A stretch of 64,000 bases of DNA from Eledone cirrhosa (GCA_964016885.1 OZ024755.1:26350001-26414000); one strand, 5' to 3'; shown: positions 1-13,370, counted from the stretch's first letter. Notes: generated by a model not told the origin, from the sequence alone. Made by a program: numbers and translations.

Positions 1-1384
1 CATAACTTTATAAATTAAGGATACATCTTAATACAAAATACCGTCATCTAACAGAATACGTCCACCGTAGTCAATTAGGGACTTAATGGTTAGATTGTTT
101 TCACAATGTTTCTCTGCTACCCGGATCTATCAAAAGGATTCTTCTCCTCCCTCATATTTAAGAATACGTGCCTCAGCGCAGTCAATGATACTTTCGAAAA
201 AATAATGGAACACGATGGTCGCGATGACTTTTCTAAAAGCCTCTTTGAATCCAATAACTATATCCACCTATAATCTATTTTTTCCATCACTACTTACTGA
301 TGTTTTTGAGAGTGATCAATTATTAGTTGGCTATGATGCCTCTTGAAAGTGACCTACTACTGGTTGCCTCTGATGCATCCCTCAACTCTCGCTTCAGTTG
401 TTTACTAATTCAATCGTATTGGGAATACCAGGTTCAGTTCCAAGCAACTGGCTATAAACTTATCTAGGTTGACTTGGCAAATCTTGGAAAATCTAGGCTA
501 CCTTATCCACTGGCCTAACAAACACTCTAATCTAGATTGAAATCAGACAATCTGAGTTTCGGTGGTCCCAAAATGTCCTTTGAATCATTTAACTTTGACA
601 GAACTCATTTGGGAAGTTCAACAGAATATGGTGATAAACTTTTGACATGGTGTTGAAGGAAGAGGGCTGAGGCTGGTTGATCCATGTATAATGCATATAT
701 CGTTTGTGACGGTGATGTTGTTGACTTTTGTCGATAGGGGGAACTCCTGCGAGGTTTACAGTTTGAAAATGTTAATACATCCTTTCAATGTTTTTGTTGT
801 GGGTTTTGATATTTTCTGCTCTTGCTCTTTCTGTTGAAGCTCTTGTTTGTAAATCATATGTAATTCCTTTTATCTAATTTAATGAATCCATATAATATCA
901 GCGTGGACAATTAGATAAGTGCAGTCATTTGAAGATGAAATATCTCAATAAAGATTGAAACCAATCCTTCTAATACACGTTTTTCTGCCTAATGAGAGAT
1001 TATATAAAAAGTTAATTGTTTACAATCATATAGAATATTTAATTAAGTTTAATTTATATACACAGTGTTGAATGAAACTTAAATGTTTAATCTGTATTAC
1101 ATTACAGCATCAATAATGAACACAGCTAATGCTTCAATAATTCTTCTTATGTTTGTTAGGCAATTTTATAGTCTCTTCTTCCTTAAGGCATAAGTCCACG
1201 ACCATCCCATATTGCTGTTCTTTTTTGGCGTGCCTTTGAGTACTCAACAAGTCCCTGCTGCACACTTCCGACTGCATTGTTTTCTGTTTAGTCCCACGAT
1301 ATGTTTATCTTAACACATATGTGTTATGTTGTTGTGATTTTGCTTGAAGTCGTCTTTATTTGCAAACAGATACTTTGTAGTTTA

Positions 1385-1540
1385 GGCGGCGAATTATCAG
1401 TCATTAGAACGTCGAATAGAATGCTTTATGGTATTCGTTCCAGCTCTTTGCTCTCTGAGTTCAAATCCCGCCAAGGTCAACTTTGCCTTTCATCCTTTCG
1501 AGGTCGATAAAAAAGTATCAGTCTAGTGCTGTGATCGAGT
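1385..1540 (+). mobile_element. Older SINE family A copy
   Basis: gagttcaaatcccgccaaggtcaactttgcctttcatcctttcgaggtcgataa. Confidence 0.8.
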
Positions 1541-3006
1541 CTTCCTCTCTCTGGAAGAAATCTGCTGTACTCAGGCTTGGAGAGGATGGGCTCCGCCAGG
1601 CTTAAACTGCCCAAGAAACGCCGTATGTCAATACGGTGCCCCTACGACTCTACCAGGAGTTACAGGACCATACCATACCATGCTTTGTAGTTTTGGTGAT
1701 CGACATTGCTTTGTTTATAATAGCAATAATGGTCATCTCGGTTGTGACAAAATGATGTTTTGGCTAATGGCAAAATGCTACTTTTGTTGCTATTAGCTGG
1801 TCTCGAAGGCGTCTACATTGTCACTTTTGCACGCATTCCAGCACTATTAAGTCACGACGGTAGTTGGGGAGTTGTTAGTGTTGTTATTGTTGTTGTTGAA
1901 GCTGGACATGTTGGCGTTGTTTTGTTGCTGCCATGACCATGTTGCTGTTTTTCCGGATTTGGGATCTGCAATAGGAAGATCCTACAATAATTAAGGGGAA
2001 TTTCCCTGCAGTTATTTCCTACATCTTTTATTTTGTATTGCTATTTCCTCCACTTTATCATATGGCACGATATGATCATTTTAAAGAACATAATTCATCA
2101 ACAAATATATTCTTAATGAATTAAACCATTAGAGAACCTGAAAAACAAAAACAAAACAAAACACATTTCCTACTGAGGTTCATTTCTGAAACAAGATGAT
2201 TAACAAAAACGTAATACAAAATATCTCTATAAGGGCACACTAGCAAAAACTGTTTTTAAACAGATGGGGTTGCAATAATACGTGGCTCACACTTATTAAC
2301 AATAATAAACAAAGTAAGACTAGAAAAATACTTAGAAGGAAGCAAAGGCAGACTGATTAATACAATGAAACATAAGAAAACATATATTTCGTCAATATAA
2401 AGAAAGAATGAAATAAAGTAGAGAAGAAAGTTTATCGTAAGAAAAGTTTTGACGAAGTAATGTAAAGAAAAAAACCTCAAAGATAAAATCGAAGCAGAAT
2501 TCTAAAAGGTACTAAATAATAAATGGATAGAAAATACTGGACAGAGAGGAAGTAAAGCTATAAAGAAACCAATAATAGCTTAAAGGTTTTGAAATAAAGG
2601 GAGAGATAAATAGAAAGTCTGATTTTTAGTTGCACAAAATCAATGCTTAGCCACCAAAATAAAATAAAACAAAATACCTCAATTGTAGACTATGAAATCA
2701 ATAGAAAGAAAGAAGCAGACTTATGATTCCTGGCTGTCCAATCCTTGGAAAGACAGAACATATCCAGACAAGACCAGATAAGCACACATATACTGTATAT
2801 ACACTCATACACATTCGCACGTACACAGACGCGCACGTACACGTATACATATACACGTATACACGTATACACATTCATACATACACGTATATACATATAG
2901 ACGCACACACACACACACACACGCACATATTCATATAATAAAAAAATAAATATGCATATATGTATATGTGTGTGTATGTGTGTGTATATATATATAATAT
3001 ATATAT

Positions 3007-3095
<89 letters not shown>

Positions 3096-3579
3096 TAGTG
3101 AGAGAGAGAGAGAGATAGTGAGAAAGGGAGAGGGCGAGAGACAGAATGACAGAGAGAGAGGGAGAGAGATTGGTAGCTAACTAGATAAAATACAACGATA
3201 TCCAGATTGACATTGAAAATTATCGAATCGATGAAGGAGTATCTACGTGGTCACCAATAACAGAAATGTCTTCTTCAAACTATAACCTAAGTACACTATG
3301 TCTGATAAAAGATGGGATGATTATGGCAGGAACATATTTTATCGTGATTTGACTCAATCAGAGTTGATCTAGCGTTAACACCAACAATGGAAAATAAAGA
3401 GTATATGGAATGTGAATAGCATATGGAATGCATCAAATATGGAATGTGAACAGGAGATGAGTACAAAGCTCGGGTACGACAGATTGGACTAACCAGAGTA
3501 GAAGATCAAAGACAACTGCCCAGATATAATAATCATGGGTCACAAAGATTAGGCCTGTGTATTTTAATATAGAGTTTTG

Positions 3580-3710
3580 CGAGCTAACAAAGGAGCACCT
3601 TAAAGTTTGCTTAACCTGCTATAAATAGCAGTCAAGTCTTTCTCAAATCGCATCCTTCTGTCTTAAAAAAATGATCGACATATGGGATAATGTAGGCCTA
3701 GACACGCTAA
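3580..3710 (+). repeat. Unclassified old interspersed repeat (related copies at about 4800-4930 plus; about 37150-37265 and 44690-44790 minus)
   Basis: Shared approximate motif ctagaaatagcagccaaatctccctcaaatcacacccta. Confidence 0.5.
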
Positions 3711-4147
3711 CGTTTGTTAATGAAGTATTTTCTGCATTCCCCTCTACTCATATCCCAAATTGAAATCTCCGACTTTACGGTCTGAAACAATTTTTCTTTT
3801 CAAAACAAATACTTAACCCGGCCAATTAATTTGGGTTTTTAAACATGCTCTAAAGTGCATGAAGTAACATTCAATAGTAACACTCAATAGCATATATAAT
3901 GTGTGGTACGATTTATGTTTAAGAGTTAAGGCTTAGGGATTATTGATAGCGTTAGAATTCAGGGTTTTAGGTTTGGTTAACGTTTCTAAGTTTTAGGGAC
4001 ATGTTAGTATTTAAGGTTATCTTTAGTGTTAGGTGAGTAGTTAGAGAGAGAGAGTGATGAAGTCCGGCTGATCTAGGATTTCAGCATTTAGTGAGACCGC
4101 TTAATAAGTGAACAATACGAATATTCAATATAATTTAATATAATAAT

Positions 4148-4558
4148 AAGAATACGATCGCGTATACAAGCGGCCGAAATGGGATTCCTCCGAAGAGTCT
4201 TTGGAGTAAGGTTACTCGATAAAGTGCGTAGCTCGGAGATCAGAGAGTCACTCCAGCTAGAGCTACTTCTCTGAATTGAAACATCACAGCTCCGATACTA
4301 TGAGCATGTGGTTAGAATGTCTCAGGAAAGAATCGCTGGGCAGATTTTACTGGCGAAACCAACAGGTAGGAGACCCAGGGGTAGACCCCGAGCAAGATGG
4401 TTGGATAACATCCGTGAGTTTGGTTAGTAACGCTTGGGGATCCATCCGGATCAGTTGGAGACGGTTGTTTTTGACAGGACCCGTTGGAGGGAGTGTTGGA
4501 GGACTCTTTCCCCACGACTCTCTCATGAATAAGTGGGCACAGAAAAGAAGAAGAATAT
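4148..4558 (+). mobile_element. RTE-clade LINE 3' fragment with (GAA) tail
   Basis: Translates IQAAEMGFLRRV...SQLRYYEHVVRM...PTGRRPRGRPRARWLDNI. aagaata at both ends is a possible target-site duplication. Confidence 0.85.
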
Positions 4559-4954
4559 GTATAATATGTATTATTTCAACATAATAAATACAATATATGT
4601 GGATATGAGAAATATATTTTGTGAATATGCATGTGTAGAAACCAAAATTGAATCAGATCAAGTACTTGTTTTGCAAAACTTCTGTTTATTTTATTTACCA
4701 TCAACCCCGAGATACCAAATCATAATTTTCAGAATCTTGGTTTAACAAAAGGGTAAATGAGCGGATACATTTATCTAAGTGTATGTTGAGGCAACATCTA
4801 TGTGGTCGTTCCATTCATTAGAAATACCAACCAAATGTCCCTCAAATTACACCCTATCATCATAGAAAAGGACAAATTGGACATTGTATTAGTTATAGAT
4901 ATATTTCTGAAAATAAAGCAGGATGGTTATGGCTGAACATTAATCAGTATACAC

Positions 4955-5258
4955 CGAGGATGAAGAACTCAGAGCTGTACGGGAGCCTCCCAAAAGTCAG
5001 CTCAAAGTAACAGAGGACACTGAGGTTAGCTGAACATGCTCACCGACATTCAGAGTTGACACTGCACTCAGTGTTCCTGTGGGAGCCCCTACACGGACAC
5101 ACTAGAAGTGGGAGACCGAGGTTGACATATGTTGATGCCCCAAGAGCAGACACAGGTCTCTTGGAGACGCAGAACATGGCGGCGATTATGAAGGACAGAG
5201 GCAGCTGGAGAGAACTCGTCCATGAATCTCGGGAATTTTATCCGCCTTAGATAGATAG
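4955..5258 (+). mobile_element. RTE-like LINE 3' fragment (different family) with (TAGA) tail
   Basis: ELYGSLPKVS...LRLAEHAHRH...LWEPLHG...GRPRLTYVD...DRGSWR. Confidence 0.75.
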
Positions 5259-5644
5259 GTGGCTGGTATTCCTATGACCATTGGTTTGTTTGACACACAC
5301 TTACCCGAGGTACATAACTATAAGAACTGAACTAGTACTAGTTTTCTTGCAAAGGAGTACTGTAGTTACAAACATTGAAAATAGTAGACGAGGATATCAA
5401 TTCACTAATCAACAAAAATGTGTCTTCTTACCAAGTCTTATGCGAGCATTTTAATTATGATAGCTACGTGGATACCTATTTTGATACATTGAAAAGAATT
5501 GATAGGTTGAAGGGTTAAGGCTGTCAGAGCTCACTTGAAGGCAAATACGACTACAGCATTTTCAGAACTAATGACATTCACAGAATTCGCTATATTTCTG
5601 TTTCCATGCCAACGATGTCAAGTTTTTCTCAACTGAGAGACTAG

Positions 5645-5681
<37 letters not shown>

Positions 5682-6560
5682 GACAAATAAAAAGACAAAA
5701 AAACCCACATCAATAAGAGAAATGAAAAATATCGTTGCACACAAATTGTGACGGCAATCAAATGAAGTAATTGTGAACTATTGATTCCATAACGTAAAGT
5801 TGTTCCTGCAATGACGACAACGATCAAACAGGAGACTGACACGTTTTCAACTATAACTGATTGATAATAATAGTCTGTAAATGCTGACAGATCAATAGTC
5901 AATGATATCGATTAGTGACTGATATATATGGATTTGTATGGGACAAAAATGGTGCATTTGCGACGGAGAATGATGTGTGTATAAGTGTGTGCTTCTGTTA
6001 ATGAAGAGGAGTTCATAAACTTATATAACGTATGTGAGTATATAGGATACATACAATGCGACATACACACACTCACACAGACACTCACACACACTAACAC
6101 AAAGATGCTCGCACACACACAGACATACACATACACACACTCTTATATATATATGTATATGTATAGTAATAATAATAAATTTGAAGACTAAAATCCAAAG
6201 AGGGCTCGATAAGGATAAATATATATCACCGTTAAGGGTGAAAGCAGCGATTCTTTGCTTAAACTTTAATCTGTTATTTTAATAAATATATATATGTATA
6301 TATATATCGGACAACCATGTTGCTTGTTTATTTTCCTATCTTTGGTTTGCTTTTATCCTTCTATGTTGTTTACTTGTCCCCCTCGCTTTACGCGAATTAC
6401 TGGTCCCAATAACCTTTTTTAGTTATTGCTCGCACCAACCTGAGGTATATGATTTTTAATGCGATGAAATACCAATGATGGTTGGAAAATCACTGACGAA
6501 GGAGTATTTTTATCATATGTAACCCATGTGCAACCACGCAGTATTTTTCTTTCTTCTCAT

Positions 6561-6614
<54 letters not shown>

Positions 6615-6700
6615 AAAGAAAAAAAGATGAAATCGAAAATGCAACTGGAGTCTTATTTAAAAAAAAAATATATATTTATTTGGTTCCTTCGCTATATATA

Positions 6701-6800
6701 TATGTATGTAAAAGGTAAAAAGAAATAACAACACAATCGGTACAGTATATGGAAGGGATATATTAGGTTAACGCTTGATATAGCAGGAAGAGGGTCTTAA
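6701..6800 (-). mobile_element. Second copy of the 58926 element terminus
   Basis: About 100 bp, near-identical to 58928-59027 (tatgtatgtaaaaggtaaa...gcaggaagagg..cttaa). Confidence 0.8.
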
Positions 6801-7117
6801 TGAGGAACCATCATTTTTAGACATGTCTTGAAAATAGCACTGCGTTTCAGCTTTACCATTTTATTAATTTTTGTTCATATTTTCATATGGATTCCTTGCA
6901 GTTGGTTTGGAATACTAAATTTAACATCAACAATAACAGTTGTACACCACAATTCCATCTAAGTACGATATTATCCCCCTCCACCTCCAGGATCACTTTG
7001 CACCTAAAACAGGGAACAATTACAATGCACTACATCACACAGTACAAAACCGAACCTGATTTTTCTTTCTTCTCATGTTTATATATATATATAAACATGA
7101 GAAGAACTCCCAATAAC

Positions 7118-7399
7118 AGCAGACAATAACTGAAAGAAGAAATACTCATGACACAGAAAAAGGCTAAAATAAGTACACTTAAAACATACTTACGTTTAAT
7201 AAAATATGTAAAACAAGACCGTTGAACGTTGAAGGGTTATTATAGCGGCCAATAACAAAAGCAGACAATAACTGAAAGAAGAAATACTCATGACACAGAA
7301 AAAGGCTAAAATAAGTACACTTAAAACATACTTACGTTTAATAAAATATGTAAAACAAGACCGTTGAACGTTGAAGGGTTATTATAGCGGCCAATAACA
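7118..7399. repeat. 142-bp tandem duplication
   Basis: agcagacaataactgaaagaag...gcggccaataaca starts at both 7118 and 7260, with essentially identical units. Confidence 0.95.
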
Positions 7400-7603
7400 T
7401 TGGACCTGTCTACTCTAAATATGCATGGCACACACCAACAGTATATGAGCCGGAGACTAAGAAAGCTAAGATCTAGAAAATTTGCTGATAAATTTCGGAA
7501 CGTTACTGTTTCAAACAAACTGCAAAGAACTAAAACGAAAATAGTATAATACGATAATAGGAATATAGAACAAATACACAGTCATGTTTTCAAATTAGCA
7601 CAG

Positions 7604-7672
<69 letters not shown>

Positions 7673-8011
7673 GCTCTCTCTCTCTCACTCTCTCTCTCTC
7701 ACATACATACATATATAGTGTATGAGTAAAACTGACTTATTTTAGTTTCTGTAACTTATATCACTCCAAATAAAGATTTTGTTTCACTTCAGCTTTAGTT
7801 ACTTGAGTAACTAATTAATACATCTGTTAGTTTAGTAATCGGGGGTGGGGGTGTTTAATTGCTAATTGTCAAAGCCCTTTCGTCACACATCCTGTGACCT
7901 TCTCAATGAATATTCTTGTTCCTCTGTTATTCCTCTTTGTTCTGAACTTGTACTTTACTTGTTCTATCTATTTTTCTACTTTTTATGGAAGATGAAATAT
8001 GTGTATGTATG

Positions 8012-8113
<102 letters not shown>

Positions 8114-8279
8114 ATGTGTGTTTTTGTGTGAGTGTGTATATAGATAGATTTCTGAATAAGCGCATGCATTTCTGCATACATATGTTTGCGTATATTAATA
8201 TACATGTCTTTAAATAAATCCATATGCAGTATGGATTTGAGAACAAATGTAACTTCTAATAACAATATTCTTGGCGGGC

Positions 8280-10050
8280 ATTGTTAGTTCAAGTTATGGC
8301 TTTATCAATGCAGGCTTTTCAGAGGCTTTCTGGAGACTCTCCTGCATGTGACACGGTTACACAAGTAGACATAATGGAAAATTGTGTGAGAAATTTTCCA
8401 ACTACGCTTCATCCGATCTCATATGTTGCTACAGAACTGCAATTAAGAGATGTGATAAATGAGGTTCAACACATCTGAGTTAGTCTGAGACAGATACGAC
8501 ACAAATAGATATTCCCTTAGAATAACAATAGCCGACAAAGTATTGTAATAAATGAAATTCCTTTAAAGAGGAAAAACGAACGGCAAAGTATTAAGGTAGG
8601 GAACCCCATATTTATTAAAACTATAGGAGACGGCTGAGCAAAGGAAACAATTCTGGAGTACGTTGTGCAAAATAGAGCCAGTCTGTTTACAATTTCTCTT
8701 GATGTACGTCATCCTTTTATCCCCGCCCAATATTAGACGGAGAAGTAGATTGTCATTTGTGTAAAGATTATGTATTACTGGTGAATAATCCAGTAGTATT
8801 GAAGTCTCTCTTCTAGATTATGCTTGCTACCATAACCAAATCTTGAGTGTACCTACTGATAGATTAAACATCAATGTAGTAGCACCAGTGCAATAAGAAT
8901 CAATACCAAGTGACACTGCTGTGTTCCACATAGAGGGCTAGACAAAATAAAGTCGGAATATAAAAAGAAAGGGAGCCAATACCCATATATCTCAATAGTA
9001 CTAATGACTAAAAGGCGTACATGGATTTGGAAAAAGTGATCCTGTTTCTAAGGCATATTGCAATAACAAAGCAACCCGCTGGTTTTAAGTCCTGATTGTT
9101 GATTGATTGAGATTTTGAAATACAAAAAGAAAGAAAAAAAGAAAAAAAAGGAAGTGTGCTGGATTCAATTTCAAAGAAGCATGGTTCAAGGGAGTTGGGG
9201 CAGAGTCAATTGTGATGGAGGATAATACAATTTTGTACACACTAACATTGAAATACAAAATATTGTCAAGACCTCCTCCTTACGAAACTTCATCTATTCA
9301 CAACGCTTCAAATATATCGGATATGTATGTCGAGAAGAAAATGCAATAAACACAAAGGAATTATTGCTGATCGGATCAACCAGAAGATATTATCGGGATC
9401 CATTGTTGAAGTATACAGAAATTCTAAACCTGACTGTTAACGAGGCAAAGAAGCTAATAGAATCAAAATCTGAGTTTGCCAATTTAGTCAATGAAACAAG
9501 CTTGCCTCAAAGACTTCAATAAAGTTGATAGATGATCTCTCGGAACGGAAAGGGAAAACGATGCGAGAAGAAACATGATCTAGGCATATGCTAATAAGTG
9601 TTTACAATATGAAGGATTTAGATATTCCTATATTCCTGTATGAGGCATGAGGATGGAAGTATACGATGTGTTCAGTAGGTTTGGGATGTCGAATGATTCT
9701 AACTAGATCCATAATATCCTAGCTTGTCAGCATTAGATTTAGGAAGGATAACTGTGCAGTGATTCCTAAACGTCAGAGCAGTGAATGGTTCATCAGGTAT
9801 ATTAAAGAGGCATGCAAAAAACCAATGCTAAGAGCAAAGGCAAATATTCAGCAAGTAGTGAAAACAAATTAGTTACTGAATGATTGGTGTGGTTACAATT
9901 GACCCAAAGTTTTGTGGCGGCTACATCAAGAACAGGAGCGGGTAATCGTGTTACAGTGTAGATACAAATAATTCGGATATTCTGTGCTGGAATCAATGCT
10001 GTTTGACATCGCAGGGACAAGTGAAACTTTGAATCTCCAGTCAACAGCTG
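8280..10050 (+). pseudogene. Old degenerate APE-type LINE (RTE/CR1-like) RT remnant
   Basis: Motif traces in order: KSP..D.IE.LK (about 9090), YYR (about 9390), ESKSEF (about 9460), CLKDFNKVDR (about 9505). Many stops. Confidence 0.35.
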
Positions 10051-10169
10051 GTGAAGGGAATTTTTCGTAGTGCAAGTTGTATACAGAATAACATAATTAT
10101 ATATATTAGCTTTAATGTACAATATCCATTTGCATTTGCACATTTATATAGGAATGTCTTTAGACTTGG

Positions 10170-10231
<62 letters not shown>

Positions 10232-10487
10232 CTGTATTCGAAACTGGGCTTCACCCAGTTACTATATTGAGTTTACTTGGCTATATCGTTTCAGACAGTT
10301 TTCTTTAAAAAGAAATCTGTCAATGCAACAGAAACATTTTAAATTTTCTCTCTTTCCGGATTTCTACATTTTGATATTTGTGGGCCATTTTATTTTCCTG
10401 CTCTCACCTCTTTTTTCTTCATTGTTTTCTCTCTGTTTGTTTGTTTGTTTGTTTGTTTCTTTCTTTCTTTCTCCCCCCTCTCTCTCT

Positions 10488-10552
<65 letters not shown>

Positions 10553-11293
10553 TACTGTCATGATAATTGAAAGCTGAAAAAACTGATAGACACGCACGCA
10601 CACACAGATACAAGTACACACACCTACACACACACACACACACATATATAAATGTCCATCAATTCATCATTCTTCCTGTGGAAGTCGGAATAGATGGCTG
10701 TGTGTGTGTATGTGTGTGTGTGTGTGTGTGCGTGTGTGTGTGTGCATGCGTGCGTATTTTTGTGCCGTATTAGTAGATTCTTTTATTTAGTTCTTCTTAT
10801 AGATGCTATTGTTGTTGATGTGATTGTTATCGCGTTTGTAGTTTTTTCCGGTTGTTGCATTTTTTTTTGTCGTTGCAGTGGGGGATGGTAGGTTGTTGGG
10901 TTGTGTGGTATCTCAAATCGTCTGCATTTTGAGAAATAATACTACCGCCAGAGGATCGTCTTTCCTCACTGCACAAACAGGAATAGTCATAGTCTGTGTT
11001 TTTGTCGTTGTCATCATACAATCTCTAATCCCCCTCGGCATCGTTTGACGACAATTCGGAGCTATCATGTCATAATGAGCATAGGATTTGAAGAGGTTTA
11101 TTTGTTCATACGAGTGTTCGAATTTCTAGAGAATTCGGGGGGAATTGTGTTTCTGTGTGTGTGTATATATATATGAATCAACACTCGGGGGCGACCGACT
11201 GAGGTAGAAGCTGCTAAATAGTCGGTCGTCCTCTTGTCTCTGATTTTCAGCCCCATGGATTTTATCTGTTATATTCTTTTGTTATATTTCGAA

Positions 11294-11349
11294 TACCTGA
11301 TGATATCACCGGATTGATACTGAACCCGGTCATTGAAATGATCATAGTA
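11294..11349 (+). ncRNA. Minimal type I hammerhead ribozyme motif (PLE-type)
   Basis: Reads tac-CTGATGA-[tatcaccgg...ccggtcatt]-GAAA-tgatca-TA-gta. It has a 3-bp stem I, canonical core boxes, palindromic stem III (atgatcat) and an AUA site, followed by aataaa. Stem II has two mismatches. Confidence 0.65.
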
Positions 11350-11546
11350 TAATAAACCTTTCAATGATTTACACCAGTCCAGCCTCCTGTTATTTTATAA
11401 TAATTAACTCCGTACTCGCACCACCAACTACACAAACGAAGACGGGTGAGCTGCATTACGTTGAGTACTCTCCATATAATTACATCGAGATTGACCATAC
11501 GGAATGACCAGTTCTATCCAGTGGTGAAGTGGTGAACCAACTAACC

Positions 11547-11600
<54 letters not shown>

Positions 11601-11606
<6 letters not shown>

Positions 11607-11791
11607 CAAATGTATGACCCCGACGGCAGAGATCAAGCCGTTTCGACGGCTATTTCTGAGTACTCAATACTTAGGGTAGTAGAGTGGGAAATAGGAAAAA
11701 GTATGACCCCGACGGCAGAAATAGCCCCGAGTCCAGAAATAGCCGTCGAAACGGCTTGAGCTCTGCCGTCGGGGTCATACATTTGCCTATA
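11601..11791. repeat. Fold-back element in a (TA)n array, with about 54-bp inverted arms and a partial third copy inside
   Basis: ggcaaatgtatgaccccgacggcagagatcaagccgtttcgacggctatttctg is mirrored at 11734-11787 with 1 mismatch. (TA)n lies on both sides. Confidence 0.85.
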
Positions 11792-12059
11792 TATATATAT
11801 ATATATATATATTAGCGAGCGCCCAATACTGGAACATTTTGCCCTCTTCGGTCTTGCAGAGCCTGGACTTGTAACCGAATGCACCACGTTTTATAAATAG
11901 TCACGATAACAATACAAAACAGTAACAAATACAGTCGACTAGGAATAGTACCCCAAATAGTAGTAGTAGTAGCAGCAGAAGCCGCAGCTCGTTTGAATCG
12001 ATAAAGAATTGCGCTGTTCTCTCTACTCTGTACTACGATAATTACCTTTACTCCTCTGA

Positions 12060-12400
12060 ATTATCTCGTTTCTTACATTTTTCGTCCAGGATCACCTGTT
12101 ACACCTATTTCCGCTACATGTTCCCGTAAATCCAATAAGCGTTTTACCCATTGATTTCCTCGTTAAAACTACATCCTTTTTCAATACTTTCCTTGCTCCG
12201 GATATTGAACTGAACATCAATCAGCCTAGTCAATTTCACAAGCCTTGTATTACATAGGAATTGCATGGGTATTGCCCCGCCTTCTCTGACTATCTCATAG
12301 AGAAAGAACTACCGACTGCGCTGGGAACTGAACTCTGAATATTGATTGGTGATGCGAAGTAAATGTTTTAAGACATGAAGTAACAATTCTTATATGTCTG
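12060..12400 (+). pseudogene. Possible short degenerate PLE RT fragment
   Basis: ggaattgcatgggtattgccccg resembles the RT motif G-x-A-M-G-x-x-A-P with a frameshift. Confidence 0.25.
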
Positions 12401-13292
12401 CGTCCAGGAAAGCAGAAGTTTCAGAAATATAAATTAAGAAACAAAAAGAAAATTAGCAATAACTGAATAGAAAGCGAGTAAATATGAATAATAAAAAGAG
12501 GGTGAAATAAGAAAAAAAAATGTAAAGATGATGTGTTGAGTGAAAAGTTAAAAGTAGAATGTGGTAGACGTGAAATGAGAAAATGAGAAGAGGAAAAGAA
12601 GAGTGAAAGAGATGTAAAAGATGATATGTTGGGGGAAAGACATTGGGAAGAAAAGTTACATAAAGAATATCTTAATAATAAATTGTTCATGCGACAAGTT
12701 TCTACAAATCTCCTGGGAGAGAAAACTGAAAAGATTGATTGCAATGTAATTAGAATCAGAATATCAGTAAAAACATTCAGAACGATGTAGCAGCTGTTCG
12801 AGTTGTTTAGTTGCCGATGTGAAGATGAATGCGTTGATTGTTCTAATCTTATTGTTGGCACGCACTGTATTGTATTATATTGCTTAATTATCAAATCTCC
12901 AATCGACGTTGCTATGGATGAAAAGCATATTTTATGTCTTGGAGTATTACACGAAATCAAATATGCATTGAAAAGAAAAATATCAGTTGAGGGCTAATAT
13001 TATGGCTTCCTATTCCCGAGCGGAAATTATGCGCTGAAGTAACTCCAGATGACTTTTTAAACCCTGTTTTATTGATTGCGGTGCGGCCATGCTATAGCAA
13101 CACTTTCAAGGCTTTAATCTGTTATACCTATAAAGGCTACCGCTTATTTCAACCTGGAATTGTTGTTATTGATCTCAATTTGTCAAACAACTAAGTTGCG
13201 AGATATATAGGCAGAAAATGTAGCCGATATTTCTTTTTAAAACGCAGACATAGACAATTATACCCACACACCCACCTACTCCCCCCTCTCTC

Positions 13293-13370
<78 letters not shown>

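Noticed and set aside
240-900. Coding-like sequence at the window start (LLVGYDAS; Q/K-rich minus frames)
   Set aside because: Frames are interrupted by stops and the motif is too short to assign to a gene or RT family.
3915-4040. Degenerate TTAGGG-like tract
   Set aside because: It is too short and irregular for a telomeric array; more likely the internal repeat of an old transposon.
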